Notes: a model not told the origin generated them from the sequence alone. A stretch of 63,249 nt of DNA, filler included, from Octopus bimaculoides (GCF_001194135.2; 8 parts of 7 records of this genome joined end to end with filler, not necessarily neighbours in it); one strand, 5' to 3'; counted from the whole stretch's first letter, positions 11,150 to 24,702 are shown. Numbers and translations are program-made.

Positions 11150-11340
11150 CAGAATCAGTGTAGCGATGGGAGGTTTGTGCTCATCTCTATGTTCTGAGTT
11201 CAAATTCCGCCGAAGTTGACTTTGCCTTTCATCCTTTCGGGGTCTAAAAAATAAGTACCAGTTGGACACAGGGGTTGATATAATCGACTATTCTCCACCT
11301 TCCCCAAGCTGCCCTTGTGGGAAAAATTTGTAATAATAAT
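11150..11340 (+). mobile_element. tRNA-derived SINE, family S3
   Basis: B-box gagttcaaattcc followed by tttgcctttcatcctttcggggtc; same family as 18571-18801. Confidence 0.75.
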
Positions 11341-11439
11341 AATAATGACCTCTGCAGATCAAACTCCCAACCCACAACTAAGTCTTAAGTGTATGTATAT
11401 ATGGGCAACACACACACACACACTAAATAAGGTCATGTA

Positions 11440-11705
11440 TAGGGTCATGCTTCACCACCTCCTCATCCCATGTCTTCCTGGGTCTATCTCTACCCTGGAT
11501 TCATTCAACTGTTTGGGAGTGGTACTTCTTCACACAGCTCTGTTCATCCATTTGTAATGTAGTACATGACCATACCAGCGCAAACATCTCTCTTGCATGC
11601 CATATCCGATGCTTCTTATATCCAATATTTCTTTCAGGGCACTTACACTCTGTCATGTGTGAACACCAACATTACACATCCAGTGGATCATGCTAGCTTT
11701 ATTTC
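11440..11705 (-). mobile_element. RTE LINE fragment (RT C-terminus)
   Basis: Homologous to about 4800-4990 and 12160-12290 (catcggatatggcatgcaagagag motif on the minus strand). Confidence 0.7.
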
Positions 11706-11796
11706 TTATATACACAAACACATAAACATATATATACACACACACACATATATGCACACGCATATATAGACACACACACATATATACATACACACT

Positions 11797-11898
<102 letters not shown>

Positions 11899-11902
11899 TA
11901 CC

Positions 11903-12062
11903 AGGAATGGCTGTGTGGTAAGCAGCTTGCTTACCAACCACATGGTTCCACGTTCAGTACCACTGCATGACACCTTGGACAAGTGTCTCCTACTATAGCC
12001 TCAGGTTGACCCAAGCCGTGTGAATGGATTTGGTAGATGGAAACTGAAAGAAGCCTGTCGTT
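11903..12062 (+). mobile_element. tRNA-derived SINE, family S2, 5' part
   Basis: ggctgtgtggtaag...ggttccacgttcagtac...accttggacaagtgtc; matches 58817-59200. Confidence 0.8.
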
Positions 12063-12159
12063 TATATCTATAATACACTAAAAGTCAGTTTCAATCTTGT
12101 TTGCTTGCTTATAATGTTACTTAGTGAAACTGGCACATAATGAGAAAATACCATGAATT

Positions 12160-13350
12160 AAGTTTACCTTGATCCAATGCTTCTTATCTCCGACATTTCT
12201 CTCAGGGTGCTTACATTCTGTCATGTGTACACACTGATATTACACATGCAGTGGATCATGCTAGTTTTATTTCTTTCAAGCCTATGCATCTTTTCAGCAG
12301 TCACAGCCTATGTTTCACTGCCATGAAGCATGGCAGTTTGCACACATGCATCATACTATCTACCTTTCACTCGGAGCAAGAGGCCGTTTGTCATCAGTAG
12401 GGGTAGAAGCTTTCTGAACTTTGCTCAGGCAATTCTTTTTGTAGTGGTAGCACTCTCTAAGCAATCACCCCCACTACTGACTTGGTCCCCTAGGTAGCGG
12501 AAACTATCAACTACTTCTAGTTTCTCCCCCTGGCATGTGATGGAATCTAATTTCTGAGCATCTGTGGTATTTTTTGCCCCTGTGCATCTGCCGCACACGA
12601 AAGCTATCTTCCCGGTTAACCTTCCTTTGATGTTGCTGCACCTCTTATGCATCCATAGCTTACACTGGGTATATTTTATGGCGTTTCTACCTACACCTTT
12701 TTTACAGATCGAGCAGGGCCATCTAACTGAAGGGGTGTGTGATGTGTTCGCCTTCCTAATTACCAGAACTTTGGTCTTTGTGACATTGACTCTAAGGCCC
12801 TTTGACTCTAAACCTTGCTTTCACACCTAGAATTTCTTCTCTAGTTCTGGTAGTGATTCTGCTATGAGGGCCAGGTAGAGGAGCTCCCAGGGGCAACTTG
12901 TCTTGAATTCCTCTGTTATTGCCTGGAGGATTATGATGAATAGGAGGAGGGCTAAGGGCTGATCTTTGGTGGACCCCTATTTCTACCGGGAATTCTTCAC
13001 TATACACATTACCAACCCTAACCTTTCTAACGGTATCTCTGTATAGAGCCTGTACAGCCCTTATTAACCATTCGTCAATCCCCAGTTTCCACATCGCCCA
13101 CCAGATAGGAGATCAGGGGACCCTGTCAAAGGCTTTCTCCTAGTCCACAAAAGCCAAATACAGTGGTTTATCTTTGGCTATGTATTTCTCCTGAAGTTGC
13201 CGTACCAGGAATATAGCATCAGTGGTGCTTTTCCCTTGCACAGAACTGAACTGCATCTCATCTAAGCGGACTCTCTCCCTAATTAGCTGGGCTATGACCC
13301 TCTCTGTGACCTTCATCACCTTATCCAGCAGTTTGATACACCTGTAATTA
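12160..13350 (-). mobile_element. RTE LINE reverse transcriptase fragment
   Basis: FVD.EKAFDRVP, MWKLGIDEWLIRAVQALY, GVHQ.SALSP, LEVVDSFRYLGDQVSSGG. Confidence 0.85.
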
Positions 13351-13396
13351 TTTCTGTCTAAAGTTATTTCTATCTATTTCTATGTATGTATGAATA

Positions 13397-13706
13397 TCAT
13401 CATCATCATCATCATCGTTTAATGTCCACTTTCCATGCTGGCATGGGTTGGACGATTTGACTGAGGACTGGCGAACCAGATGGCTACACCAGGCTCCAAT
13501 CTGGTTTGGCAGAGTTTCTACAGCTGGATGCCCTTCCTAACGCCAACCACTCCGAGAGTGTAGTCGGTGTTTTTACGTGCCACTGGCACAGAAGCCACGC
13601 AGCTGCTCTGGCAACAATCACGCTTGGACGGTGCTCTTAGTGCTCCACTGGTACAGGTGCCATCACGATTTCGGTACCATCATGATTTCGCTTTCACTTG
13701 CCCCAN
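13397..13706 (-). mobile_element. RTE LINE 3' UTR fragment
   Basis: Near-identical to 332-660. Confidence 0.8.
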
Positions 13707-13805
13707 NNNNNNNNNNNNNNNNNNNNNNNNNNNNNNNNNNNNNNNNNNNTTAATTAATTAANNNNNNNNNNNNNNNNNNNNNNNNNNNNNNNNNNNNNNN
13801 NNNNN

Positions 13806-13925
13806 CTGAGAGAGACGTGGGCGTTATTTTCACATTATGGATTAGGCTCACATTGTTTGTGAAGCAGAGATCTAAAATATTGCTTCCCCTGGTTGGTTGG
13901 AGTATCACTTGTTCCATGAACAGCA
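13806..13925 (-). mobile_element. CR1/L2-type LINE endonuclease C-terminal fragment
   Basis: EQVILQPTRGSNILDLCFTNN...KITPTSLS (PTR..NILDL motif). Confidence 0.75.
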
Positions 13926-14923
13926 TGTTGGATATATATATATGCGACAAGTAGCAGTAAAATCTTATTCCCACCCCCCCAAACAAAAGACAAAAAACAT
14001 CGTATGTTGTAAGTTAAGAAAAACACAATGGAAAATGTATGTACACACACGCATGCATATATATATCAAAAGGACCTTTGATCCTTCCCCCGTCATAGCC
14101 AACTATGGTCGGTTTCCAGGACTCTATCACTCCGAATGAGACGATGGTCAGTCGTAGGATTTCTCATTTTTGCTAGCTGAGTAGACTGCAGTAACTTGGA
14201 ATGAAGTGCTTTGCTCAAGTATACAAAACATCGTCCAATCCAGGTATCGAAACTGAATTCTTACGATCATGTAAGCACCCTCACCAGTAAGCTATACACC
14301 TCCAACAGACGCGCGCGCGAACATATATAGATATCTCTTATGCCTCAGTTCAAAATCTCCTATATCACTATCTTACATTTCCAGCTAATCTCGGACCTTT
14401 AATATGCTTCCATCATACTGTTATACTATTTTCACTGCCAACGTTAGAATCAATGCTTAAGGACGAAGTATGATTTAACGATTTAAGTCTTCTCTTGAGC
14501 TGTAATTAAACGGTTAAATTATTCTAATTACTTTTGATGTAACCGAACCCGTGTGAGAACCAATCGATTACAGCACCAATTTAATGGATTATTTGCTTGC
14601 TTGCTTGCTTGCTTGCTTGTCTTCTGATAGCTCTACAATGAGAATTGAAACTAGTAGCTAAAACTTTGCGTGACTGTTTTGCTTTGTGTGCAAGTATAAG
14701 AAAGTAAAACTGTGACGTTATTTTTAACTCTTGATAGTTGCTGGATGGTCGGTATGTGATACTCTCTTGACCAAAAACCACAATTGCGATCAACGATTTA
14801 TTCTCTATATGGTAACATACACTACTGGAAACGGTAGCTAAATTCGCGCTAATGTTACCCTAGTGTTTTGAGAAGGAATGCTCTATTAGACGGTGCTGCT
14901 TTACACACACACACACACACACA

Positions 14924-15008
<85 letters not shown>

Positions 15009-16598
15009 AAGTCACAATATATAGATTCAAACTAATCCGATGATATTCATAAAAAGCTCCTTAATGTATCATTCTACAAAACATAGAATATATAGTACGT
15101 AAGATGTGAAAACCATAAGGAGTGTACACAGTTATAAATCACGATTGAAATATAGTATGGTAAAATTTATTTAACCATTGGAAATTCTTATATCTCAACA
15201 ATTGTTTCGTAACTTAAAAAGTAAATTACTTAGAATAATATACACAATCTTTAAATCAATTGAGATATTGAGCTAGCTCATCGGGTGAGAGAAATAATCC
15301 ACGTTAAACAATAATCCCTTGACATAACGTTTCAAGAACGCAAAGTCAATACTTAAAATCAGGAATTTAGGAGTTATGGAAGACAGTAATAATAAAATTG
15401 ATAGAAAATAATGGGATCATTTTCTAAAGGAAGGAAGGGAAATTTAGTAAAATAATCAAAAAGTAACTAGTAGATAATATTTCGTTTTAGGATTTGGTTT
15501 GCAAGATTCTTTATGCGAGTTTGCATGTTGAAGCATATTCTGTTGTGTCTGGGGAGAGTCATTCTCTTTTGGTGCCTTATAATAGTAGATAATATTGGTA
15601 TAAGAAAAGGGAAATGATATATTTATCATTACATTTCAAGAGAAATGCCTTTCATGGTAAGATTTTCCTATTGGAGCTGACTTGGAACAAAATTGCAACA
15701 ATAACAACGATATATGTATACTTCAGCGCACCCTATCTAACTGCAAAGCTCTACATAAATCTGTAATACCGAATAAGTGATTTATTATTTAACAACCCGT
15801 GTAACTTTAAGCATAACATTGAGATGAATCACTGTTTGTATAATTGTAAAATATTATCAGTGTAACAAACGGTTATTACTGTAAGACAATGTAAATAGTA
15901 ACGTGATTTAATGCTTGGCGTTTAACACATTTCGTGTATCAATAAGGCATTCATTGAACTATAGCTACATTTTATATGCCAGTGTAACACTCAGTATGGT
16001 TGTTATAACTCTGCAGTCAGTATATTTTGTAAGGACTTAGTATTTTTAGTATAACAATAGTGTATCAATATAACGGTAAACAAATGTCACGCAGTATGAT
16101 TATGTTTAACACTGAATGTATCAATTCAACATTATAAGTCAGTACGACAACGCTAGACATAGTATAACTGCAATGTGTATGTGTCACAGTACACAACAGC
16201 CAGTAATTTTATCTAAGTTATAGGGTCTGATCATGCAGCTTATATCAAAAGTTATCGTACAGATTAGAAAATGTTTGAACGAGATATCAAAAATACTTCT
16301 CAAACAAAAACCCAGACGTCTCTGTTGTCCACTAAATATTTGATGATATAAGTGTAAATATAGCAGAGATATTACATAGCTCTGACATCACCAACAAATA
16401 GCAATTTCCTTCTGTAAACGGTCTTCTGTCAGAATTAGTTCCTCTCCAATATTTAATTAATTAAACTTGTTCCAGTATCCTGCCCAACGGCCAAGTTAAA
16501 TATCACTAATCACCTCTCATATTCTCCCCACTCTCTATCTGATCTATCTCTCTTTTTCACGTCATTCTCCACTCTCTTTTCTCTCTCTTAATATCTCG

Positions 16599-16641
<43 letters not shown>

Positions 16642-16988
16642 CTCTTTATATTTCGCTTCTCTCCTTTTCGTTCGCTGTTTTACTGTCCGTCTTTTGCCTT
16701 CGCTTGCCACCCTCATTCTCTACATCTTTCAGTCTGACATACCTTCATTTCACTACCTACTTCTTCTCACTCTCTCTCTCTCTCTGGCTGTTTCTCACAT
16801 CATTTCTCAGCTTTATACTCTTCCTTTCCTTTTCATTTTTCGCTGTCTATCATCCTGGCCTTGACTCTCATTTACTGTCTCGGTCTCTCTCACCCTCTCT
16901 TTCTCTCAATCTCTCACTTACTTACCAACATAAACACTCTCATACATTCGTGCAATCATATTCATGCACACAAATCTTTACATATATG

Positions 16989-17076
<88 letters not shown>

Positions 17077-17555
17077 AATCATCTTAATATAATTACATGC
17101 TCACATTTAACCAAACCTTTATAAAGTACATAAAATCAGATAGAGATATGTTAACACGCATGCGTTTACATACTCACACACACTCTCACACACACACACG
17201 CACGCATACACACACACGTTGGTACATATACACATCTATTTGTATCACCATGCGCATACATGTGGAAGCTCAGAAGTAAACATACACACCCACACTATCA
17301 TATGCGCCAAACATTCATTACACGCAATACACACACTCACCTCTGATTAGATACACTTACATGAATATACATACACATACTGATGCTGCTAATCACCTTC
17401 CATATACTCACTATCTATCGAGAACCCCATCCTACCTCCACATCGATACTTAATCAATCAGGACCAGCAAATGGCCTCAACAGGTATTGATTGTTCTGTC
17501 CATCAGTCTGTACCTGTTGGTCTGTGTTTATATTCCTGAGTCTTTCTCAATCATT

Positions 17556-17642
<87 letters not shown>

Positions 17643-18570
17643 TCTCTCTTCTCTCTTCCTTACTCTCGATCGTTCTCTTTGATTTCTATTCCACTATTTA
17701 TTTGCTCGAATATATGTTAAAGAGTGTATCTCACTCTCTAACACATATTCACTGTACATCTCTCACCCTTTCTTTCTTGCCTCTTCTTACACACACACAC
17801 ACACATACAAATTCTCTGTCTGTATCTCACACATACGCGGGCATACATACGCCCGCACGCACACACACATATATACACAACAATGATCATAGCTAAGACC
17901 AAGTTAAGCTTCTAATGGGAAATACTAGCGACATATTAGCCAGGCATGATCTATTATGAGGCCTCTGCTTCTTTATTTTTACTTCAACTTCAAACTGCAC
18001 TATATATATGTAAGTGGAGAAATAAGCTCCATTAATATAATGATTTAGACATCTACTTTCATTTTGACCTACGGTTAACGTTCTTCTGAAATATATGACT
18101 CGATATAGTATTTAGTAAGCAATTCAGAAGTCAGCAGTTCGTATCGTGTCCCAGGCATTACATTCTATCTTTGACTAAGTCACAGATATGCCCCAGTTCA
18201 TCTATCGTAATTAGATACTACAAATTTGGAACAATTTGCCGTGCAAGCACCCTAAATTTTACAAATAATAAAGTATAGCTTGGTGAAGTGAGGGACCTAT
18301 CAAGCAGATTTTTTCCAAAACACTCTACATTTAATCTTCCTTCAGAAGCAGCTTCCAAAGATTAATTGAAACGCCACGCGACAAATAGACAGCTGTTGTT
18401 GTTGTTGTTGTTGTTAACCACCATGCCTGCTCTGATCGAGAAGTATGATTAAAGACATTTTCAGCCGTGACCATCCCATCTGTTTGTATACACAAGATTA
18501 CATTGCCCACGGTATTCTTTGTTTATAAGACGTTATGGTGTTATTTGAAGAAAACTTGCCTACTGTTTCT

Positions 18571-18801
18571 TATTTCTTTATTTCCCACAAGGGGCTAAAT
18601 ATAGAGGGGACAAACAAGGACAGACAAAGGGATTAAGTCGATTACATCGACGCCAGTGCGTAACTGGTACTTAATTTATCGACCCCGAAAGGATGAAAGG
18701 CAAAGTGGACCTCGGCGGAATTTGAACTCAGAAGGTAAAGACAGACGAAATACCGCTAAGCATTTCGCCCGACTTGCTAACGTTTCTGCCAGCTCACCGC
18801 C
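18571..18801 (-). mobile_element. SINE family S3, full-length, with 19-bp TSD, inserted in another SINE
   Basis: Flanked by the direct repeat aaacttgcctactgtttct (18552-18570 and 18802-18820); B-box gagttcaaattcc on the minus strand. Confidence 0.85.
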
Positions 18802-19591
18802 AAACTTGCCTACTGTTTCTACCAGATCAAAGGACTGCGTAGAGGTTCCCTCACAAANNNNNNNNNNNNNNNNNNNNNNNNNNNNNNNNNNNNNNNNNNN
18901 NTTAATTAATTAANNNNNNNNNNNNNNNNNNNNNNNNNNNNNNNNNNNNNNNNNNNNGCAACTTGTGTGTTGAGGAAATGTACCAAAATTTTCACTTCTA
19001 AATTTTATCTGATAAACACTAGGCAAGTATGTGGTTTAAGGTGTCTTCATGTAAATAAATATAATTTTAAGAAATTCAAATAAACATATTAAATTTAATG
19101 TAGCAAGAAAATTATAAAGTATAACAATTGTGAAAACAAAAACAAATAATAAATCAAAATTAATTGAATACTTCTAAAATAAGAATATTCTCCTTGAAAT
19201 GAGTAGAATAGCAAACTTTTTGATAGTATTAATGAATCTGTGCAAACTTTTGATCTAACCTTGACCTATTTTTAAGACTGTATCTCCCTTTACCTACCAC
19301 ATTTAGCAGAGGTGAACCATGGGTCAATGATACTATAGCTATTTATAGTATCACCAATACCTCTGAAGAATCACTTTATTCACTCAGCCTACTGATTCCT
19401 TCAGCTTCACTTCAAATGGCAGTAAATAATGGAGCTTGATAAAACTGTACCAACCATGGCACCAGGATGCATATCTGACAGTGTGCAGTTGATGTAGTTG
19501 AAATGTGCATAGGTCCATGAAAGAATGCTGTAAATAACTATGTAATAAAATTATAGATGTGCAAAATCTCCATTCTCCTGATCATTATTAA

Positions 19592-19630
<39 letters not shown>

Positions 19631-19637
19631 CCGCTAT

Positions 19638-19682
19638 CGGACGCCGACGAAGGGAAATAACCCTGAAATCCGGATCCGTTCG
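19638..19682 (+). ncRNA. Minimal type-I hammerhead ribozyme motif (core CCGACGA, U4C)
   Basis: cggacg CCGACGA aggg-aaataa-ccct GAA atccggat C cgttcg: 6-bp stem I, 4-bp stem II, perfect palindromic stem III, AUC triplet. Confidence 0.65.
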
Positions 19683-20785
19683 TGCTGCAGATGTTGGTGA
19701 GAGGGATAACTACCCTTGGCAAACAGGACACAGTCGTGTGTCGATAAGCCAGCTGGAGGAGATGTCCTCCTGGGGCTAAAAGCAACAGTAACATCCACCC
19801 CTAGGGGTCAGCCACACTTAAGTGGCAATATACTACACTTTATCGTGCAGNNNNNNNNNNNNNNNNNNNNNNNNNNNNNNNNNNNNNNNNNNNNNNNNNN
19901 NNNNNNNNNNNNNNNNNNNNNNNNNNNNNNNNNNNNNNNNNNNNNNNNNNNNNNNNNNNNNNNNNNNNNNNNNNNNNNNNNNNNNNNNNNNNNNNNNNNN
20001 NNNNNNNNNNNNNNNNNNNNNNNNNNNNNNNNNNNNNNNNNNNNNNNNNNNNNNNNNNNNNNNNNNNNNNNNNNNNNNNNNNNNNNNNNNNNNNNNNNNN
20101 NNNNNNNNNNNNNNNNNNNNNNNNNNNNNNNNNNNNNNNNNNNNNNNNNNNNNNNNNNNNNNNNNNNNNNNNNNNNNNNNNNNNNNNNNNNNNNNNNNNN
20201 NNNNNNNNNNNNNNNNNNNNNNNNNNNNNNNNNNNNNNNNNNNNNNNNNNNNNNNNNNNNNNNNNNNNNNNNNNNNNNNNNNNNNNNNNNNNNNNNNNNN
20301 NNNNNNNNNNNNNNNNNNNNNNNNNNNNNNNNNNNNNNNNNNNNNNNNNNNNNNNNNNNNNNNNNNNNNNNNNNNNNNNNNNNNNNNNNNNNNNNNNNNN
20401 NNNNNNNNNNNNNNNNNNNNNNNNNNNNNNNNNNNNNNNNNNNNNNNNNNNNNNNNNNNNNNNNNNNNNNNNNNNNNNNNNNNNNNNNNNNNNNNNNNNN
20501 NNNNNNNNNNNNNNNNNNNNNNNNNNNNNNNNNNNNNNNNNNNNNNNNNNNNNNNNNNNNNNNNNNNNNNNNNNNNNNNNNNNNNNNNNNNNNNNNNNNN
20601 NNNNNNNNNNNNNNNNNNNNNNNNNNNNNNNNNNNNNNNNNNNNNNNNNNNNNNNNNNNNNNNNNNNNNNNNNNNNNNNNNNNNNNNNNNNNNNNNNNNN
20701 NNNNNNNNNNNNNNNNNNNNNNNNNNNNNNNNNNNNNNNNNNNNNNNNNNNNNNNNNNNNNNNNNNNNNNNNNNNNNNNNNNNNN

Positions 20786-20824
<39 letters not shown>

Positions 20825-20829
20825 GTATG

Positions 20830-21000
20830 TATTTATGTGTATGTGTCTCTGTTTGTCCCCCTGCCATCACTTGAGAACCGATGCTGATGTGTTTATGCCC
20901 TGTAACTTAGCAGTTCAGCAAAAGGAGTCGATACCATAAATACTAGGCTTACAAAGAATAAGTCCTGGGGTCAATTTCTTCAACTGAAACAAGTAAAAGA
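20830..21000 (+). mobile_element. SINE family S2, 3' part
   Basis: tttgtccccc...gaataagtcctggggtc...ctgaaacaagtaaaaga. Confidence 0.75.
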
Positions 21001-21036
21001 ATGAAAGAATATATGTAATAATAACTGACGGTGGGC

Positions 21037-21262
21037 CTATCTTGACATCACATAATAGATGTAAACAAGTGTCGCTCTCACACAAGCAGTGTCATTCACT
21101 TCCAATATTCTGTTAGAACATGTCTGGCCATGGGGGAATATTATCTTCCTTAGAAACAGGTGAGACTTAGCAACAGGAGGAGCATCTGGCTGTAGACAAT
21201 CTGTTTCAACAAATTCCTTTAGACACATGCGAGCATGGAGAAAATGGACATTAAATGCTGCT

Positions 21263-21293
<31 letters not shown>

Positions 21294-21300
21294 ATGATGA
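21037..21300 (+). mobile_element. RTE-type 3' UTR with (GCT)(GAT)(GAC) tail
   Basis: Ends gcatggagaaaatggacattaaatg plus a trinucleotide tail. Confidence 0.6.
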
Positions 21301-21610
21301 CGACGACGACGACGATGACTGTGATGACAACGATGACTGCGACGACGACGATGACGACTGCGACGACAACAAAGACACTTGGAAGGAAAACTTCTTAACC
21401 ACACAGCCAAGTGAAAATTCATGCTGATATAATATTAAATGCTTCACACATCAATATCCCAAATATTTTCTATCCTACTTATGTGTTGATTCAATCATTG
21501 GAATTGAACAACAGAATTATGGTAGAGAATGCAAAACCAGATTGACAGGGGGAATATTTTGATACCATCTCAAATCAAATTATTATAAACTATAGTACAT
21601 TCCTTTAGAG

Positions 21611-21876
21611 CAGTGTTTCCCCTAGTCCCACTGTAACTTTCTAGAAAAATCTATACCCCACTGGTGGTTGGGAAAAACAACTTTATTTTTAATATTTTAT
21701 CACAATTATTTAATACAAAAATCTACCAGTAACTCTTTTATTAAGTACTGAGTACAAAAAAGGTACACTATTGACTAAGAAAATAAAGTGGGTCACTTTA
21801 ATGAGGACCTTGTGCCTTGCAACTATGGCACCATGCCCTACCACAATTTTTTCAGGCCCTACATTGAGAACTGCTG
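21611..21876. mobile_element. hAT (Charlie-like) MITE
   Basis: CAG..CTG termini (cagtgtttccc / tgagaactgctg); perfect 8-bp TSD ctttagag at 21603-21610 and 21877-21884. Confidence 0.8.
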
Positions 21877-22019
21877 CTTTAGAGTGTAACATAGTCTGAG
21901 AAATTGCAAAATAGGAATTGATCACCTTCTCTCTCTCTCCTTCTCTTGCTTTACCTATGGGCTAAGTAACCATGTATCCCCTTTACAGCAGCACACCTGT
22001 TTCTTGTTAACTCTCTCTC

Positions 22020-22099
<80 letters not shown>

Positions 22100-22259
22100 C
22101 CTCCCTCCCTCTCTGGTCAGGTAACTATGTACTGCTTCTACAGCAAGCATCTATTTCTGTCTCTGTCACACTCTAACCTTTCATCATCTGACACAAGATC
22201 ACCTCCTCCAATTCCCCCTCCCCTCTCAAAATTTCCTTGTCTTGCAATGTTACTTGGTG

Positions 22260-22458
22260 ACCCTGCCAGTGCTGGTGCCACGTAAAAGACATCCAGTCCA
22301 TGCTGTGAAGTGGTTGACATTTAGAAGGGCATCCAACCATAAAAAACCATGCCAAAACAAACACAGAAGTATGGTGCAGTTTTCTACCTGGCCAGATCCT
22401 GTCAAACTGTCCAACCCATGCCAGCATGGAACAAGGATGTTAAATGATGACGACGATG
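22260..22458 (+). mobile_element. RTE LINE 3' end
   Basis: aactgtccaacccatgccagcatgg...gatgttaaatgatgacgac. Confidence 0.75.
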
Positions 22459-22819
22459 ACGAATTAGTTTGAGATGTTACAAGAAAGTTAAATGCCATCA
22501 AATCTTCCATATTTCTTTCACAGTTGAAATAAGGGTTAATCTCAAAGATTTATATGTTGATTAGTGCTGTCAGTTGTAATGCTCTGAAAATATTTTAGCT
22601 GACATCTGGTATAGTCCCAGTAATGGTAACTTCTCATTTATAGAGTAATAACTTGCTGCTCTAATGTTTCAATGTCATATGACAGGATACTCTAATTAAA
22701 GCTAATTAATGATGCCAAGTAAATGGAAATGAAATTAGTAGAATTACTTTTTGGAGATTTTTTTTCCTTTCATGATCAAAACAAAGCTGGTTCTAAAATC
22801 AGAACTTTATTATCATAAT

Positions 22820-23015
22820 CTTAATGCCCATTTTACCATGCTTGCATGGGTTGGACAGAGTTTATCAAGACAGATTTGTTATGGCCAGAAACCTTTCTTA
22901 CAATCAACCCTTACCTGTTTGCAAGCAAAGTAATATTTCTTTTTGGCCAAACATGTTTTCACAGAATACTTGAAATGTATGATTAACATTTACAATGATC
23001 ATGTGATATCAAGAC
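22820..23015 (-). mobile_element. RTE-type 3' UTR fragment
   Basis: ttttaccatgcttgcatgggttggacag motif. Confidence 0.6.
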
Positions 23016-23098
23016 AGGGTGACACAAACATACACATACTCACGCGTGCACACACACACACACACACACACACATGCATACTTATAAATGTAAGTACA

Positions 23099-23129
<31 letters not shown>

Positions 23130-23255
23130 GGGTTTCCATACAGTTACCTCTACAAAATTCACTCACAAGCACTTTGGTCAACCTGGGTCTATAGTAGATG
23201 ACACTTGTCCGAGGTGCCGCACCCAGGTGATTGGGAAGTAAACTTCTCAATCACA
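23130..23255 (-). mobile_element. SINE family S2, 5' part
   Basis: Reverse complement of the S2 head (gacacttgtccgaggtgcc...gggaagtaaacttct). Confidence 0.7.
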
Positions 23256-23731
23256 CAGGCACTCCTAAATTTAAATTTAGTTAATAGACTTAGCATCCAT
23301 ATACAAGAGGTATAAATTGGTAGAGTTAATAGAGCATCAGACAAAATGCTATGCAATATTACAGATCTGTATGATCTAAGTTCAAATCCTGCTGAGGTCA
23401 GCTTTGCTTTTCATCCACTGAAGATTGATAAATAAAGACCCAGTCCAATAGCAGGGTTAATTTCTCTCTTTCTTTCTATAGAAATTAGTTTTAGTCCCCA
23501 TAGAACCCCTAAAATCCCACGAAGAGTTTTAGGGAGCTTAAGGAGTCTAAAAACATGAATTAGTGGCAGGAAACAATTTTGGTATTTGGAAATTTACAAA
23601 AAAAAAAATTAATTAATAATCAAATCAAATAAAGACAAGTTAAAATGTGGAATATCATCTTGTAACCATTTCCTTTCTCAGTTGCTTTGCTCCCTAATTA
23701 ATTTATTCTCTTGTTTCTTAATTATTTACAG

Positions 23732-23835
23732 AAAAATCACTAACCACTCGGTCCCGGCGCCTTTGGGAAAATGTCACTCAAATGGAAATTCAAACAGGAA
23801 AAGCTATATCAGAAGCTGAACATGCAACTGAGCGA
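23732..23835 (+). CDS. Internal coding exon of an unidentified protein (104 nt, phase 1 to phase 0)
   Basis: Branch-like ctaat, long pyrimidine tract, tttacAG acceptor and GTAAGT donor. Only one frame is open: xKSLTTRSRRLWENVTQMEIQTGKAISEAEHATER. Confidence 0.7.
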
Positions 23836-24001
23836 GTAAGTAGGTCACAGTACATCAAGGAATAACAATTCTTTGGTTAAAAAATGTCTTGGTTTCTTCT
23901 TACGTCTTAATTTCTCATTTTGTATTTTCTCAAAGACTTTGCTAGAGCATAATATCATTTTTGATAGTTTGAAATAGCACTAAAAGTATCACTCAGTTTA
24001 A

Positions 24002-24201
24002 CCCTTTTGTTTCCGTATTTCTGATGAAATACACTGCTTTTGTTTCAATTAATTTTGAAAATAATGAAAGATTTATTAACCTGGTGTTTAGTACATTAAT
24101 TAACATAAAATCTTGATGAAATGTTTCAATTTAGATCACTTTAACAAAATAAGTTTGTATCATAGAACTGAGCAGTTTCATGCGGGTTGGTATTAAGAGA
24201 A
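24002..24201. mobile_element. piggyBac-like MITE (degenerate right end)
   Basis: TTAA-CCCTTT left terminus; right end gcgggttggtattaagagaatcaa is a decayed inverse. Confidence 0.45.
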
Positions 24202-24702
24202 TCAATTTGTTTGCATTCTTTACTATGTCAACCTTTATTAATATATTTATGATTGAAGCAACAAATAGGTAGGATGGTGAATGTGTGGAATATTAATGTG
24301 ATGAGTCATAAATCATAAGCCTGGTGTATATGTAATATGAGCAGGAGTTTCCCCACCTATTCCAATGTATAATTCTAAGGTATCATGTAGTTGTAAAGTA
24401 ATTTGCATTTTTTCATCACAGACCCCACTGCATGTTTCCTCTCCTTAAAACACTTGCTATCATCTTCAATAATGCTTGTTACTTTGTAGATGATACCTCC
24501 CCTTCTACACATCTAGGTGTCATCCACAAGCAACACTTCATGCCAAACCTGATCTGCTTCAAACTGGGACTTCGAATCATTTTTCAGTAAAAACATGACA
24601 AAGACATGCACACACATAAACATATACATTCAATGTTGAATGGTATCTATGGTTACAAGAAAATATAGCATCCGAGAACCTATTTAATGATGTAGGCTCA
24701 TA

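Noticed and set aside
13750-13761. Recurrent ttaattaattaa inside N runs (also near 18902, 25581, 30576, 39833, 50149, 60483)
   Set aside because: It is always centred in ~100-nt N blocks and encodes stops in all six frames, so it is an assembly spacer. It does mean those gaps have unknown size.
19716-20939. Long ORFs of 200-400 aa in the ORF track
   Set aside because: They are mostly X from N gaps plus (TA)n/(CA)n microsatellite translations.
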